DNA of 63,689 nucleotides, the filler included, from Cercozoa sp. M6MM (taxonomy: Eukaryota > Protista > Endomyxa: Ascetosporea), in NCBI GenBank assembly GCA_040357565.1. It is 12 parts of 12 records of this genome, joined end to end, with 100 filler letters (N's around TTAATTAATTAA, not from the genome) between each part and the next. Parts side by side here need not be neighbours in the genome. Positions count along the whole stretch, not along the records: positions 45,802 to 58,313 come from JBDODJ010000376.1; positions 58,414 to 62,327 come from JBDODJ010001274.1; positions 62,428 to 63,689 come from JBDODJ010002093.1; 9 more parts are not named here. The stretch is one strand, 5' to 3'. Made by a program: the position numbers and the translations under genes. Below are positions 52,135-63,689 of this stretch, one piece after another. Every line of letters starts with the position of its first letter. Position 1 is the stretch's first letter. Below the pieces are notes generated by a model, which worked only from the letters and a program-made list of their open reading frames with translations, was not told where the DNA came from and did no database searches.

Positions 52135-52281
52135 ACAGCACCTACTGAGTCAGTAGAGAGGTCTCAGAGCAAGGTACCAAGCCAAAACGCTCTTCAAACT
52201 CCTCTCCATCCTCAAACTTGGTTGAAACATGGATGATGTCCACGCGGACGGGCCAGAGCAATGACGACTGAAAGTGTGCAG
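52135..52281 (-). repeat. Dispersed repeat family R1, inverted copy 3
   Basis: Reverse complement ctgcacactttcagt...ttgctctggcccgtccgcgtgga...tttcaaccaagtttgaggatggagag...gttttggcttggtaccttgctc matches 49655-49780. Confidence 0.85.
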
Positions 52282-52703
52282 TATCAACGATCAAGTGGCA
52301 GTGGGCTTGTTACGGTATGCGAGTTCAACTTGACTGCGGTCGACTAAACTGTCTTCGCTAGGGCGTTATGTTACGGCATAGCGTTTCTCAACCAGTCAAG
52401 TTGTCATCTGACTACTCGTCAGCGCGGACGATCAAATTTGAACCAGTATGGTTATAATGAAGGATTTGTTTTGCTTGACTCTGACTTGAACCAAGCGCAG
52501 GCATTTGCGGGAAACAAAACGAGGAAGTATTTGCTGACAGTAACCATCCTCAAATCCACTCCATTAATTTCTGTCTCGCTTCCGAGGCTAAACGTTCGGT
52601 TGTCAAACAATGGCTAAAACACGGCGACGCGATTATACGATCGTATTATATTTTAATGTTAACGAAGACTAAACTAAACGGACTAACTCTCTGAAAAGAC
52701 GTC

Positions 52704-54599
52704 TCAGAAGTCGGGGAAGGTGTCGGCGATCTCGTTCAGCTTTGACGCAGTTGGTGCCTGCAAGATCAAGATCATGAGCAAAAGTTGTTGGTGAAAGACA
52801 CGGAGGAGTGTCTGTACTGATCGAATAGCGCCGGTCTTCATGATGCGGTCCAGTGCACTGCGAACGGTACAGCGTGCGCAGAGTCACAACACAAAGAAGC
52901 AAGCGAACGTACTCGAGACAGTAGTTGGTCCAGGTCGACAGTTGCGAGCGCTCATCGATGAACATACCTGTATACAGATACATTTATCTATATACAATAG
53001 CATCTATATACATAATATCTGAATACTAAATGTGGATACCAAAGTAGACAGCAAGGTAAGGCGCGAGTCGCTCGCTGGGCGGCACGACATTGAGCGTGTA
53101 GGCCATGAGCATCCAGTAGTCGTGCCGTGACTTGATGCGCGGGTTGCCCGTGGTCTGCTTGACAAGCTGCATGTACAGCTCGTCGCGATCGGCGTCGGTG
53201 GCCGCCAGCGCCGTGGCCATGAGTTTCTCCAGGTGGCCCTGCGGCGGCTTGCTGCTGCCTCGGTCCAGCGTGTAGCCTGTGAGGTTCTTGAAGAACTGCA
53301 GACTCGTCTTGGCCTGCACAAACGGCACATCTTACCCCTTACCCTACTTTACCCCCTCCCGAGACGGAGTACATCAGCAGCCTGCGTGAGCGCCGCTTTG
53401 ATCATTGCCGACTGGTGCCGCAGCATGTCCGACACACTGCGCTTCTTGGACAGCAAGCCTTTCTTCTCCTGTACACATGGGGGTAAAAGGATTAGGGGGG
53501 GTAAGGGTAGGGTGGGGGAAAGCAACCAGAGCAAAGTGAGCGGCCGCGTATTTGACGAGCGGGTAGATCTCCTTCTGCGTCTCGGCAATGCGGCGGTACG
53601 TTGCACCACGTTCCTCCGTCGGCTTGCGCTGTCACGGAGGGAAGGGGACAAAGGAAGGGGATAAGGAAGGGGATAAAGGAAGGGGATAAGGAAGGGGATA
53701 AGGAAGGGGATAAGGAAGGGGATAATGAAGGGGTAGATACGGCCACAGGAGCGGCGTGCGCCGGTCGGCGCGCGTGTCGCACTCTGATCTGCTGCGGCAC
53801 TGGCAGTTCCTGCGACTGACACAGCCCCATCAGCGGTCACTGTGTCACGTGGTCACTTCATGCACACTGACGGTTCTACCTCGGTCTCGTCTTCACCGTC
53901 GCTTTCTTCGGGCTTGAGCCACCGCTATAGCACACATGGGTACTATCACAACACACACACACACAGCGCGGGGGGTACGGCTTTCTTCGTGACTGTGTGA
54001 ACGTAGAACTTGCGACCCTGCAAATAGTACCAGCTCGTGTGTCTACTACCTGTGTGTAGGTACTTGCGGGACAAACCTGTTCGTCGACTTTTTGACGCCA
54101 CACACTTCGTTTATCGTCGGACTTTGGTGCCTGCTGTGACACACATGTCAGACACGGCAAGGCACTGGGTGGACATGGGTACCTCAGTGGCCGGCGGCAG
54201 AACCGGCACGTGCGCCTCTTTTGGCGGTTCGCCCGTCAGTGAGGCCTGCGTTGTTGTGTCTGAGTGGAGTGTCAAGTCACGAATGCGAGGTACCAAAGCT
54301 CGCAGGATGGCACGCCGCTTGGTCAGTGTGACGCCGGCGTTGCGGAGAGCCGCGCCGTCCATCTGCAGCAGCGTTTTTCCGTTCACTCTGCAACCACGCT
54401 TTTGTACTTTTTAGCGACAGTGCAAGCTGCAGACACACCTCTGTGCAGCCAGCATGTCGCCTGTGCCACCCGGGACCTAGAGGATTCATCGAGATAAAAC
54501 AGCGATCACTGGAAGGACAAATACTAAAGGAAAGCACACCAGTTCCTGCACCCACTGACACACGTCTTGCGCCGACCAGGCGGCCACGTCGCTCCTCAT
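52704..54599 (-). CDS. SAM domain + MyTH4 domain protein
   Basis: SAM: WSAQDVCQWVQEL...VNGKTLLQMDGAALRNAGVTLTKRRAILRAL. MyTH4: FKNLTGYTLDR...RDELYMQLVKQTTGNP...WMLM...VPPSERLAPYL. Confidence 0.8.
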
Positions 54600-54753
54600 C
54601 GCTGTTTTGCGCTCTTTCGCGATTTACCTCAAATCGATCAGATCGCTCCAGTTTTCAAACCTCCACACTTTTCTGCACGCTGTGCTTCACAAAACGAGGC
54701 TTTTACAAGACCCTAATCTTTTACACGCTGCACACACGCTTTTGCCGTCGCCA

Positions 54754-57403
54754 ATGTCTCCCATCGACACTGAGGGTCTCTTTGTTTTGTGAAGGGTGCG
54801 GCCGTCAACAATTGATTGCTATTTTACGCTTTGTGTGTGCGTACATGCAGTCTACTACATCTGTGGCTGATATAGCCCGAATTCTTGGCTTGACACCCGG
54901 TACCGCGACACAAGTGATACTATTCTGTCGAGATCATTTTATTTTTGGCATTGAGTTAGATGACCGTGCGGAAGCACTCTTCGTGACTGATCAAATCAGC
55001 AATCAGGTCATTTCGAAGGGTTGCTTTCCGCTGAGTCTGCGACCTGAGGATGTGCAACTTGATCTGTCTCGACTGCGAACAAGCCAAGCATGCAGCTGTG
55101 TTAGTGCTAATCGCGCCTTTCTGCGGTCTCGCGGATGGCAGATAGAAACTTGTTTTCTGGTAGCGTTGGATTTGACATGGTATTGATTAAATTAATTTTA
55201 CGATTGTCTTCTCGTTCTAGGAGAGTGAAGCTGCGCGTGAGTTGCTTTCGCAGCTGCTGCAGGCCCTCGATGCCTCCTTGTGCGAGTCGAGCCAAGATCC
55301 CCGCTTCTCTTTACATCTCCTCGATGACCGAAGACTCGAACAGAGCGAAGACTTGCTCAAAGTGTACACTGAGCAACGTCAAGGCAACAGACGCAAGATG
55401 AGACGGGTCGCCGTGCCGGTATCTTGTGCTTCGTGTCATGCTTTCTCCGCTTCGACCCGCATTCCTCGAGTGCAGGTCACTCGCATCAGTTTTGTGCGAC
55501 TTCTTGCCGCCGTCTTGCAAGTGCCTCTGCCCACTCGACATCTGCAGGCGAAAGCAAACGAACACCGGTGCGACAAGTGCATTCGTCCAACCGAAGGCGT
55601 CCGATATCTCGTTGACGAGCAGGCACATTCCGGGCACGATCGTCGCGCAGTGCCTTTTCGCGTTTGGCACAGTGTTGCTCGCTTGTGGGTCACTCTGTTC
55701 AAGACATTGAACCTGCCGTATGAGTCGCCTTCTGTGTTGTGCGCGCCGAAGCAGTTGCCTTCTTGCGCTTCTGTTGAGGTGAAGCATTGTCTGAACGAGA
55801 GACAACTCTCTTCGTTGCTTGATGAGGCTACTTTCTTGGGAGGAGGTACTGCTCACTCTCATTGTACCTGCAGGTTCTAGCTATACTGTTTTTCAGGTGA
55901 AACTGGCCTTGTGCTTCAAGTCCATGCTTCGAAGTTATCCACTCTTTTCGAGCTGCCTGCTGAAGTGAGCCATGTGGCCGTGAAGTTTTTCTTAAAACGC
56001 GATGAATTCGACCACGAGGTATTCTTTCTGTCGAAACTAGATGGTAGCATGTTCTTTGAGATGCATGCTCCTTTTCTAGGTGCTTGCTGCAAAGACCGTG
56101 TCTAAGATGCAGCAGACGCACGGTTTGGCTCTGTTTGCGCCACTTTTTGGTGCCATCGTATTCTCCCAGGCGACAACTGGTGTGTTAAACGAGGTATCAG
56201 TCCAGCTTTGCTCTTGCTTATTGTCGAAGTCGCGAGCTCCATTTTTTATCAGATTTGCTCGCGAAACAAAATGAATCTGCGGTTCAACGAAAGCGAGGTC
56301 TGTGCGACGTTGAGTTTGTGCGGCGAAAGCAATTTGCGCGTGCTGTGCGATTTGCGATCGAACTGGCGCAACGTGGACGCTGTGCACAGTGCACTTGATG
56401 CCACACTGTATGGTATGTATGGGTATATGTTTGTTTAGAGTAACTATTGATTTAAAATACTTAAGTTCTAACAAACGTTATCTTGGCAGGCAGTGCAGCA
56501 TGTGATTTGGTGACGCGGATGTGCTTGAAGCTGCTTCAGTGTGCAAAATTGGGCATTTTTCACGGCGACATCAAGCTCGCCAACGCCGTAGTTTTATTTT
56601 CAAACTCGGCGGGGTACTTCTTGTTTTAACAACAACTGTTTTCTTTACAGGTCACCTGCAACGGCGACGTTTTGCTCGTCGACAGTGGCTTCACCAGTGT
56701 TGCGACTGACCTGAGTTCTGTTGCTGCACTTCGCGAGACTGCACACGCGGTCTACGTACTGATGACCTGGCTTGTTCTCGTTGCTTTCGTCTCAATGGTT
56801 ATATGCGTGTGTGTGTTTTAGGCGTGCATGTCGTTGTTCTTGCGAACGCTGTCGGTGCTGCCGTCGCTGGAGTGGCAGCTGCGCGGAATGCAGCTCCTTG
56901 CGCTCGCCTTTGCTGTAGGTCGTTTCGGTGCACAGAGTGGCACCAGCGCCGAGCACAGCAGCTCTGGCGACGGCAGTTTCTCGACTACAACGGTGCACCA
57001 GTTGGGTCGAAACAGTATCGTGGCGCAGTTCAGAGATGAAGGCAGTGACGACACCTCCGAAGACAAGGCACTGTGGACTCCGCCTCTCTTGGGCTTCCCC
57101 GTCAACGTGACATGCGTCCAAGATGAACTCTATCTTTCTGCACTGCCTTTCTTGTTCCTTTCTTTCATGGTACGTCATTTTTCGCTTGTTTGTGAGTGGG
57201 CGACTGTGCAATACTGTTCTGCAGGACGACTTGTGCCACGCTTGGCACGAACAGTCACTCGGCACCGTGCATGGTGTAGACGCGACCAACTTTTGCATTG
57301 GATCTACCACTTCAACGACGCTGCAATTGTGTCCAGTATCGAGCTTGGCGCAACTGAAGCAGCTGTGTCTGAGCGGACTTTTCTTTGCCAGTTGACCGAG
57401 TAG
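54754..57403 (+). CDS. Divergent protein kinase-fold protein with a long N-terminal region
   Basis: Spliced kinase motifs in order: FLGGGSSYTVFQ (Gly loop), HVAVKFF (Lys), FDHEV (alphaC Glu), GIFHGDIKLAN (catalytic loop), VLLVDSG (DFG equivalent). Confidence 0.75.
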
Positions 57404-57678
57404 ACTTAAGAAACGAAGGCGTGCCCGACCAGTGCCTGCGAACAAGTTGACTGGGCTGCTTGCGTTGCGGCCGTGTTACCGCAGCTCTCTCAGATAGGGA
57501 TCAGGCCTTGGTAAATTGAGGGTACTTTGCCAGTAAAGAAAAAAAACTAAGGAACGCTTGGAGGGAGAGTGTCCAAGTGTCAGTTTGAAAGAGTGAGTTA
57601 CCCCAACGGTACAGTTGGGCGGCAGAGCACGATGGACGGGAAAGTCACCCCGTCAGATGGTAACTGCAGAAAGGACAG

Positions 57679-58261
57679 TCAGTAAAAAGGATCCTTGAGA
57701 CGGAAAGGCGTCGTCAGAACTGAGTAGTGAGGGAACAGTAACAGCCGCGCCTCCGCTTCGGCCTGCAGAAGTAGACTGAAGTAACTAACTCGACTAACGA
57801 TGGATGGATCCAGGTCAGAGGTCGGCCGTGACGGACTCGGGCTAGTAGAAGGCACATGATCACGCACGTTGCTGCTGCTGTTGCCGTTGCTGTTGCTGCC
57901 ACTTGGTGCGCACGAGGGGTGCCACCACCTGCAGCACGTAGTCGTCGTTCCAAAAACTCGGCTGCGTCAACAGGCGTTGCAGCTCGCTCCATGGGGTCTA
58001 CGTCGGAGGGGGTAAGAGGTAAAGCAGTTGCGGCAGGACTAAGTACCTGAAGCAACTTGACGCATCGCACGGTGAGATCGAGCCACGCGTGCAGCACCTT
58101 CACGGAAAGGTAGGAAGGTAAAGGTGGGGTGGGAGGGGGGCAAACAACGCACCTGCTTCTCACCGCGCCGCATGACGACGCAGTTGCGTTCGTTGCTGAA
58201 CATGGCATAGCGACCACTCCGCAGGATGGCCTCGTCCTCCTCCAACGTCGTGTCGAAATTC
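57679..58261 (-). CDS. C-terminal Rubisco-LSMT substrate-binding domain of a SETD3-like methyltransferase, 5'-partial
   Basis: FDTTLEEDEAILR...NERNCVVMRRGEKQVLHAWLDL. Confidence 0.65.
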
Positions 58262-58459
58262 TGTTCGCAGGAGGGGTACGGGTAAAGAGGTAAGAAGGGG
58301 GGGGGTAAACCTGNNNNNNNNNNNNNNNNNNNNNNNNNNNNNNNNNNNNNNNNNNNNTTAATTAATTAANNNNNNNNNNNNNNNNNNNNNNNNNNNNNNN
58401 NNNNNNNNNNNNNGGGGGAAGGTTAAAGGGGGGAAGGTTAAAGGGGTGCTGCGGGGGAT

Positions 58460-59044
58460 ACCTCGGCACGCTGCAGCCACATCTCCATCTGCAGCTTGCG
58501 CACAGGCATGCCGATCTGCAGCGACTCCTCGAGCTCCTCGATGGAGGCTTCGTGCCTGCCAACGAGGGAGGGGGGTAAAGGGTAAGAGGGGACTGGGAGG
58601 GGGTAAAGGCTAAGAGAGGGGACAGGGGGGGGGGTAAATTACGGGTCGGCAGAGCGCATGCTTTCGAGTTGCTCGCGCGTCGGAAACTCGGTCGGACTGA
58701 GCTTGTGGAAGTGGTCCAGCACCTGTGCAGACAGTAGAGCCCATAGAACTGAGCCCATAGAACTGAGCCCATAAACCCAATCGGCTCAGCAGGTACACAC
58801 GCGTACCTTGTCCATGTCGCGTTTCGGCAGCTCCGTGTCCTCACGGCGCACCTTGGGATCGTTGATGCGGATCACTTTCCATCTCTGTCAACAGGGGAGT
58901 ACGGGGAGGGAAGGTAAGGTAACAGAGCACACAGCCAGTCTCTACCAGCACACGGTCGTCGCCCTTGAGGTAGTGATCCATACGGCGTGGCAGCCACCCG
59001 TTCATGTCGAGTGTCATGCGCAGCATGTGACACTCATGGTGACT

Positions 59045-59075
<31 letters not shown>

Positions 59076-59356
59076 CATGTACATATAATTACATATATAT
59101 ACTACTGTAACAGGCACACCTGCGCTGGTGCCGCCGCAACTTGTTCATCGTGTGCCGCACGCCAAAGTTGTCGACCTGCGCCGACACACAAGAGCACAAT
59201 CACACACACAAACACACACACAAACATCATTTTGGTTTTTACCTTGCGGACCACGACGCGCGTACCGATGGCATCAAACAGCTGCCGCATTGTACGCTGC
59301 ACACCAGCCGCATCGATGTGCGGCATCATGTACAGCCACAAGTCGTAGGTCGGCAT
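58460..59356 (-). CDS. MRPS6: Mitochondrial ribosomal protein S6 (bS6m)-like with C-terminal extension, 3'-partial
   Basis: MPTYDLWL...VVVRKVDNFGVR..NKLRRHQ...HMLRMTLD...YLKGDDRVL...KVIRI fits the bS6 pattern. Confidence 0.65.
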
Positions 59357-59565
59357 GCTTGCGTCGAGTGAAAAAACTCTCGTCCAATATCAAGCAGCAA
59401 CCACTCAGCAACTGCACCCCGCTGGCCTGCACAAGCGAGAGTACACCTGTACAGATCGGGCGTTTAGTAGCGATCCCGAGGATTGTTAAGCTTGCGCTGT
59501 GCGCTTCTTGTGGCTATCAGGCCGACAAAACTAAATTTTGTTGTGCGCTAGTTGGTGCTGTCAAG

Positions 59566-61154
59566 ATGAAGACTGCAACCAAAGTGCTGTGCGGCGCAAT
59601 TGCGGCTGGATTAGGTTTGTTTTTCTGATTTTCTGAGAGTTCTTGTAGCCGCTCGCGCACGTGCAGCTGTCAGTTGTCGTTCTTCTGTTATGTATGTGCC
59701 TTTTTGATGCTGCAGGCTGCGCTGTGATCTGGGAGGTCACCCAGCGCGCAGAAAAACGACGCAAGGTGCGGTGCATCCATGCGCGGCAGCTGGTACTAAC
59801 AACAAGACTGAACTAAATTAATTGTTGGGACTATCTGTGCCGTGCACTGCAGGTGGTCGAACTAGTGGTTTCACAACTTGCTGAGTTCGTAGAAATTGCT
59901 CTGGGCGAATCTGCCTCTGTTGTGTAGGCTTTCTTCCTAGTAGCCGATGATGGGGCATTCCTTTTGTTTGTTAATCTCCCAGACTGACTGAAATCGCTGC
60001 TCAAAAGTACAAAAACGGTCTGCGCCGTGGTATGCCTTGTTGCCCATTTTACTTTGTTGGTTTTACTTTACCTCTCCCCCTTCTTTGCTTCCATAGGTGC
60101 TGACTGGCGTGTGTGTGGCGGCCTGCTGGCTGCCAAGCTCAAGTTCCATGTGGAGGCGTGTGCCTCGTTACTGGCCGCGGTACCTGTCTGTTTCTTGTCC
60201 TCAGTGTCCACGCGTATGTTTGTGTCCGCCCGGACACTTGCAGACACCTGACGCCGAGTGGCGAAACGTCTGGTCACTTCTGCAGTCGTACAGGAGTGCC
60301 GATCACGCGAACGACAGTGTTCCCGCAGAAGTTCGTCTTGACTCCGACCACAAATCTTGGTAAACTAAGGAAGCGAACTAGGTGGTGGGTAAAGATAGAG
60401 TAAACTGGGTTGTTGACAGCATCGCCAACGCATGCGCCTCGCTGGCGAAGCAGGAGTTGCCGCTTCCGCGTGGACGCTTCCGTCGCCTGCGCTGCGTGTT
60501 CGTCGCTGTGCACGCCAAGCGTCTTGAGCAGGTGTTGTGCTTCCAATCTGTTGTATTACATCTGCACAGTTTATTTTAATATCGGTCTGCTTGTAGGTGC
60601 TGAAGGAGGGTCTGACCGCACGTCCCAAGCGCCGCACGATCGACGCGTCGGCCTCTGCTTTGGAGTAGCACGCTCGAGTGTCACCCCAGGGTGTCACTCG
60701 TATTTATGTGTGCGTGTGTGCAGTGCTCAGCAGCGCTATCTGGAGAGGAGTGAGCGCCAAGACAAGGACACCAAAACCGAGGATCTTGTCATTTTCCGAG
60801 TCGTACTTTGTTTTTAAACTCATCTTTCTTGTTTTTTTTTGTATTTATTTTGTGTGTTGTGTGTGTCGACAGAACGGCCTGCCGGAGGGCTGCAAGTGCA
60901 TCCAACGTCGCGACAAGAAGAACGGCGTGCGGCACGACATGCTGCTGACCAGCGCGATTCCGCTCGAAATGATCGCTCGTGTCGACTCGGATGCCGTCAA
61001 CACCGACACCTTTGAGGGTACAGTCGTGGCACTCAACTCCCGATCTCTTGGCACTCAGAACTATCGACATCTGTTGTGTGACACAGGCGACGAGAACGAC
61101 TTCCCGGTGCTGCCCTGGTCGATGCGTTGGGAGAACACGGACAACATCGACTGA
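59566..61154 (+). CDS. N-terminally membrane-anchored protein with a C-terminal Tpt1/KptA-like (ART-fold) domain
   Basis: N-terminus VLCGAIAAGLGCAVIW followed by KRRK. C-terminus VFVAVHAKRLEQVLKEGL..RRTIDASASA.DA...DLVIFRV...MLLTSAIPLEMIARV. Confidence 0.5.
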
Positions 61155-61773
61155 TCCGTTCAGCTAGCTAACCCAGGTGCGCCAACTGGTAGTTAGATTT
61201 GTTTTAGTTACTTGTAGCCGCCAGTTATGCCGACATTTGCATGGCAATGAGTGACCAGGCTGTCGCCAGTCGCTCCAGTGCTATACGGTTTTCTGCGTGA
61301 TCAATGACCACCTGACACGGTTTGGCATCAAACTTGTCTTGGCGACGAGCGAACAGCACGAAGACAGTAAGAGCGTGAAGTTTGGATCTGTGGCAACCTG
61401 TTGACGTGTCTGAAGGTTCGTCGCCAAATTATTTTTTTTGTGTCGTTTTTGTTTTTGTCTGAGTGCATATTCGGCCAAAGTGTGGCTGTAACGAGTGCAC
61501 GCGTGTTCCTCACCTGAGTTCCCACAGGTAGTGTGTTCCCTGAGGCAGCAGGGATGGTGCCGTTTTCGTGGCTCGCCTTTGGCGCGGCATTTTCGATAAT
61601 TGTTGCTCCGCATTCGCGATTGGTTTTGTGTTGGGAGCCGTGTTTTTCGCGTGCTGGTAGGGCACTGTGGGAGGCATTGTGGGAAGCAGTGATGAGTCAG
61701 TGGTGTGATCGGAGAGAATGTGAATGTGAGAGAGGTTGCCGTTTGTGTTGTCAGCAGACGGTCCAGGCAGGCA

Positions 61774-62303
61774 ATGTCAGAGAAGGAGGCGCCGGTGGTG
61801 CCGCTGCCTTGCGGAGGCAGTCACAGTGACCACAACAACAACAACAACAACAACAACAACTGCCGTACTGAGAGCAGACAAGAGCAGCAGCACGAGACAC
61901 AACGCGATGACGCCATGCGCGACGATGGCGAGACACCTGTCAAGCCTGTGCTTGACCTAGGGTAGCCTCCTCTCTGACCCCACCTAGCCCTAGCCTGACC
62001 CGTACCCCCTAGCCTCCTCTCTGAGCCCTGTGTCTGTGCAGCAATCCGTCGCCGGCAGCGTCGCGGCCAATCGCGATTCCGGGTGCCGGACATCACCACA
62101 CGCACACGCCCGTGGACGTCATTGTCGACGAGGACGCCGCGTTGGAGACGCCTCCCAGACGTCAGGTACTCACTTCACTCCCCTGTACCCCTCCTGTCGT
62201 GTACCTAAGTATGTGTCCTACCTGTAGCCACCATCGATCTCGGTGGACGTGTCGCTGGCACGACTTCGCAGTCCGTCCGACGCCATGCTGTCGCCCGTCA
62301 GTG
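61774..62303 (+). CDS. 5' exons of a hypothetical low-complexity protein
   Basis: MSEKEAPVVPLP...NNNN... with GT-AG introns; runs into the contig end. Confidence 0.45.
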
Positions 62304-62427
62304 GTAGGGTCTAGGGGGGGGGGGGGGNNNNNNNNNNNNNNNNNNNNNNNNNNNNNNNNNNNNNNNNNNNNTTAATTAATTAANNNNNNNNNNNNNNNNN
62401 NNNNNNNNNNNNNNNNNNNNNNNNNNN

Positions 62428-62477
<50 letters not shown>

Positions 62478-62478
<1 letters not shown>

Positions 62479-63689
62479 AGTCCAGCGGCAAGGATTCACT
62501 GTGAAAAATACCGGATTATTGCTGGCGTGGCCAACGCCCTTGACATCGAAAATGTCACCCTCACACGCCGGCTCCTGCACACGTGCAAAAAGTAGGACGG
62601 TCTTGCTACACCAGATGTCACACCTATGGTAAACTTACGTCTACGCCGTCTCTCGGCGCCGTACCGTTCAGCATGACCACGAGATGCTCGCGCAGTTCCG
62701 GGAGATACACGTAGCCTATATTAAGACATACATTTTTACAGTAAACTTAGTTTACATTTACTTCGCACTCAGAGAGCAGGAAGGAGAAGGTACTTAAAAC
62801 AGGGGCCAAAAAGGTTGCTTTTCGGCGGTAGTTTCCATTTCCGTTTTCTTGTTGAACAAGGTGCCGAACATAATTCCCAAGTCGTGTTGGTTCAAAGAAC
62901 AGTCGATCGCGCGCTTTTCGTAACTGTAAGTCAATTTGCTTCCGTTCGAGCAGACAACAACAGCCAATAGAAGAAAGCAATGAAGTGAACGAACCGTTTT
63001 AATGACGTAATGTTTGGTAAACACGAAGAGCTCTCCCCTGTGAGGAACCAAAATGAAAGTAAAACTTAGTATTGGTGAGTACATTTACGTTCCAAACGTA
63101 CGACTTTGACGCGTCTCCTCCTGCGCTGAAATCCTTCGTCGTCTCCCGTAGCTCCGAGGCAATACTGCCTTTATCCATTCTGTAGGCTTGGCGTATCGGG
63201 TCAAGCTGCGCGTCTTGGGGCACTTGTGCACCAGCGTTTTCTGTTTTATTTGTAATTTAACTTACTTGAGCGATTCAGGCACAAACTCATCCAACAGAAC
63301 AAGATACCAAGATAGGCGATCACTGCTTGCTTCAAGGGACTCACAGGCGATTCTTGTCGGACAACACTGCGAGATATGCTCGAACCTGGCGACATTGGCT
63401 CTCTGCCGGCCTGTGTCTCCGCGAAAGCCCAGGCCAGCAGCGCAGACGGCCGCTGCTCCTCCTCGGCGAGGAAGCGACATGGCGAGTTCACTGCCTGATC
63501 AGCTCCGGGCCAAGCGGAGCAGGCACGCATCAGTTCCTCAACGCTCCGGTATTCCGCTGCGGGGATGTGAAGTCGCACCAACGGTGGCAGCACAGGCACA
63601 TCGGGTCGGTGCACACTTCTGACGACGCCATCATTGCTGATGAGGAACAGCCGCTTGTGCAAAATCGAGCTAAACACGTCGACTCCACG
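62478..63689 (-). CDS. Phosphatidylinositol-phosphate kinase (PIP5K domain), partial
   Basis: Spliced IRQAYRMD...GGDASKSGELFVFTKHYVIKT...LGNYVRHL...TFLAPVL..Y...HLVVMLN...IFDVKG matches the PIPK motifs GKSGS.F...IKT, VVMxN and YDLKG. Confidence 0.75.

Noticed and set aside
3933-62427. Regularly recurring TTAATTAATTAA palindrome as a biological repeat or CRISPR-like array
   Set aside because: Always embedded in a fixed 44N/44N cassette; it is a synthetic six-frame-stop contig linker.
62478-62700. SelO-like pseudokinase from the FDVKGVG motif
   Set aside because: Upstream exons give KSGELFVF..YVIKT and VVMLN, which fit PIP5K much better.
18825-63689. Window-wide phosphoinositide module (Sec14, ankyrin-FYVE, PIP5K, C2)
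   Set aside because: The genes are on different contigs joined by artificial spacers, so there is no evidence of linkage.

Overview
Eukaryotic, most likely protist, genomic DNA. The window is 12 separate contigs joined by an artificial 100-nt spacer (44N-TTAATTAATTAA-44N), so adjacency across a spacer means nothing. Genes are intron-rich with GT-AG introns and use the standard code, so the six-frame ORFs catch only exon fragments. I rebuilt gene models by splicing by eye, and exon edges are approximate. Recognisable genes are CDC23/APC8, a secreted WSC-like protein, a RING+PHD/ePHD protein, PIMT, an ABCB transporter, mitochondrial ClpB/Hsp78, a Sec14/CRAL-TRIO protein, RPS24, MCM6, FAM172A/Arb2, an ankyrin-FYVE protein, a monofunctional ATCase, a SAM-MyTH4 protein, a divergent protein kinase, a SET/Rubisco-LSMT C-terminus, mitochondrial bS6 and a PIP5K. 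The best candidate for an undescribed system is a three-gene lipid-acyl cluster on one contig (33264-42113). It comprises an alkaline phytoceramidase-like hydrolase head-to-head with an LPCAT/LPEAT acyltransferase, followed by a circularly permuted NlpC/P60 (peptidase C92/LRAT-type) enzyme spliced in frame to a Ca2+-type C2 domain. Other leads are a membrane-anchored Tpt1/ART-like protein, a dispersed repeat whose inverted copies bracket a decayed gene, a 12-nt-period TTACCCC/GGGGTAA intronic minisatellite family shared by unrelated genes, and weak ncRNA candidates.
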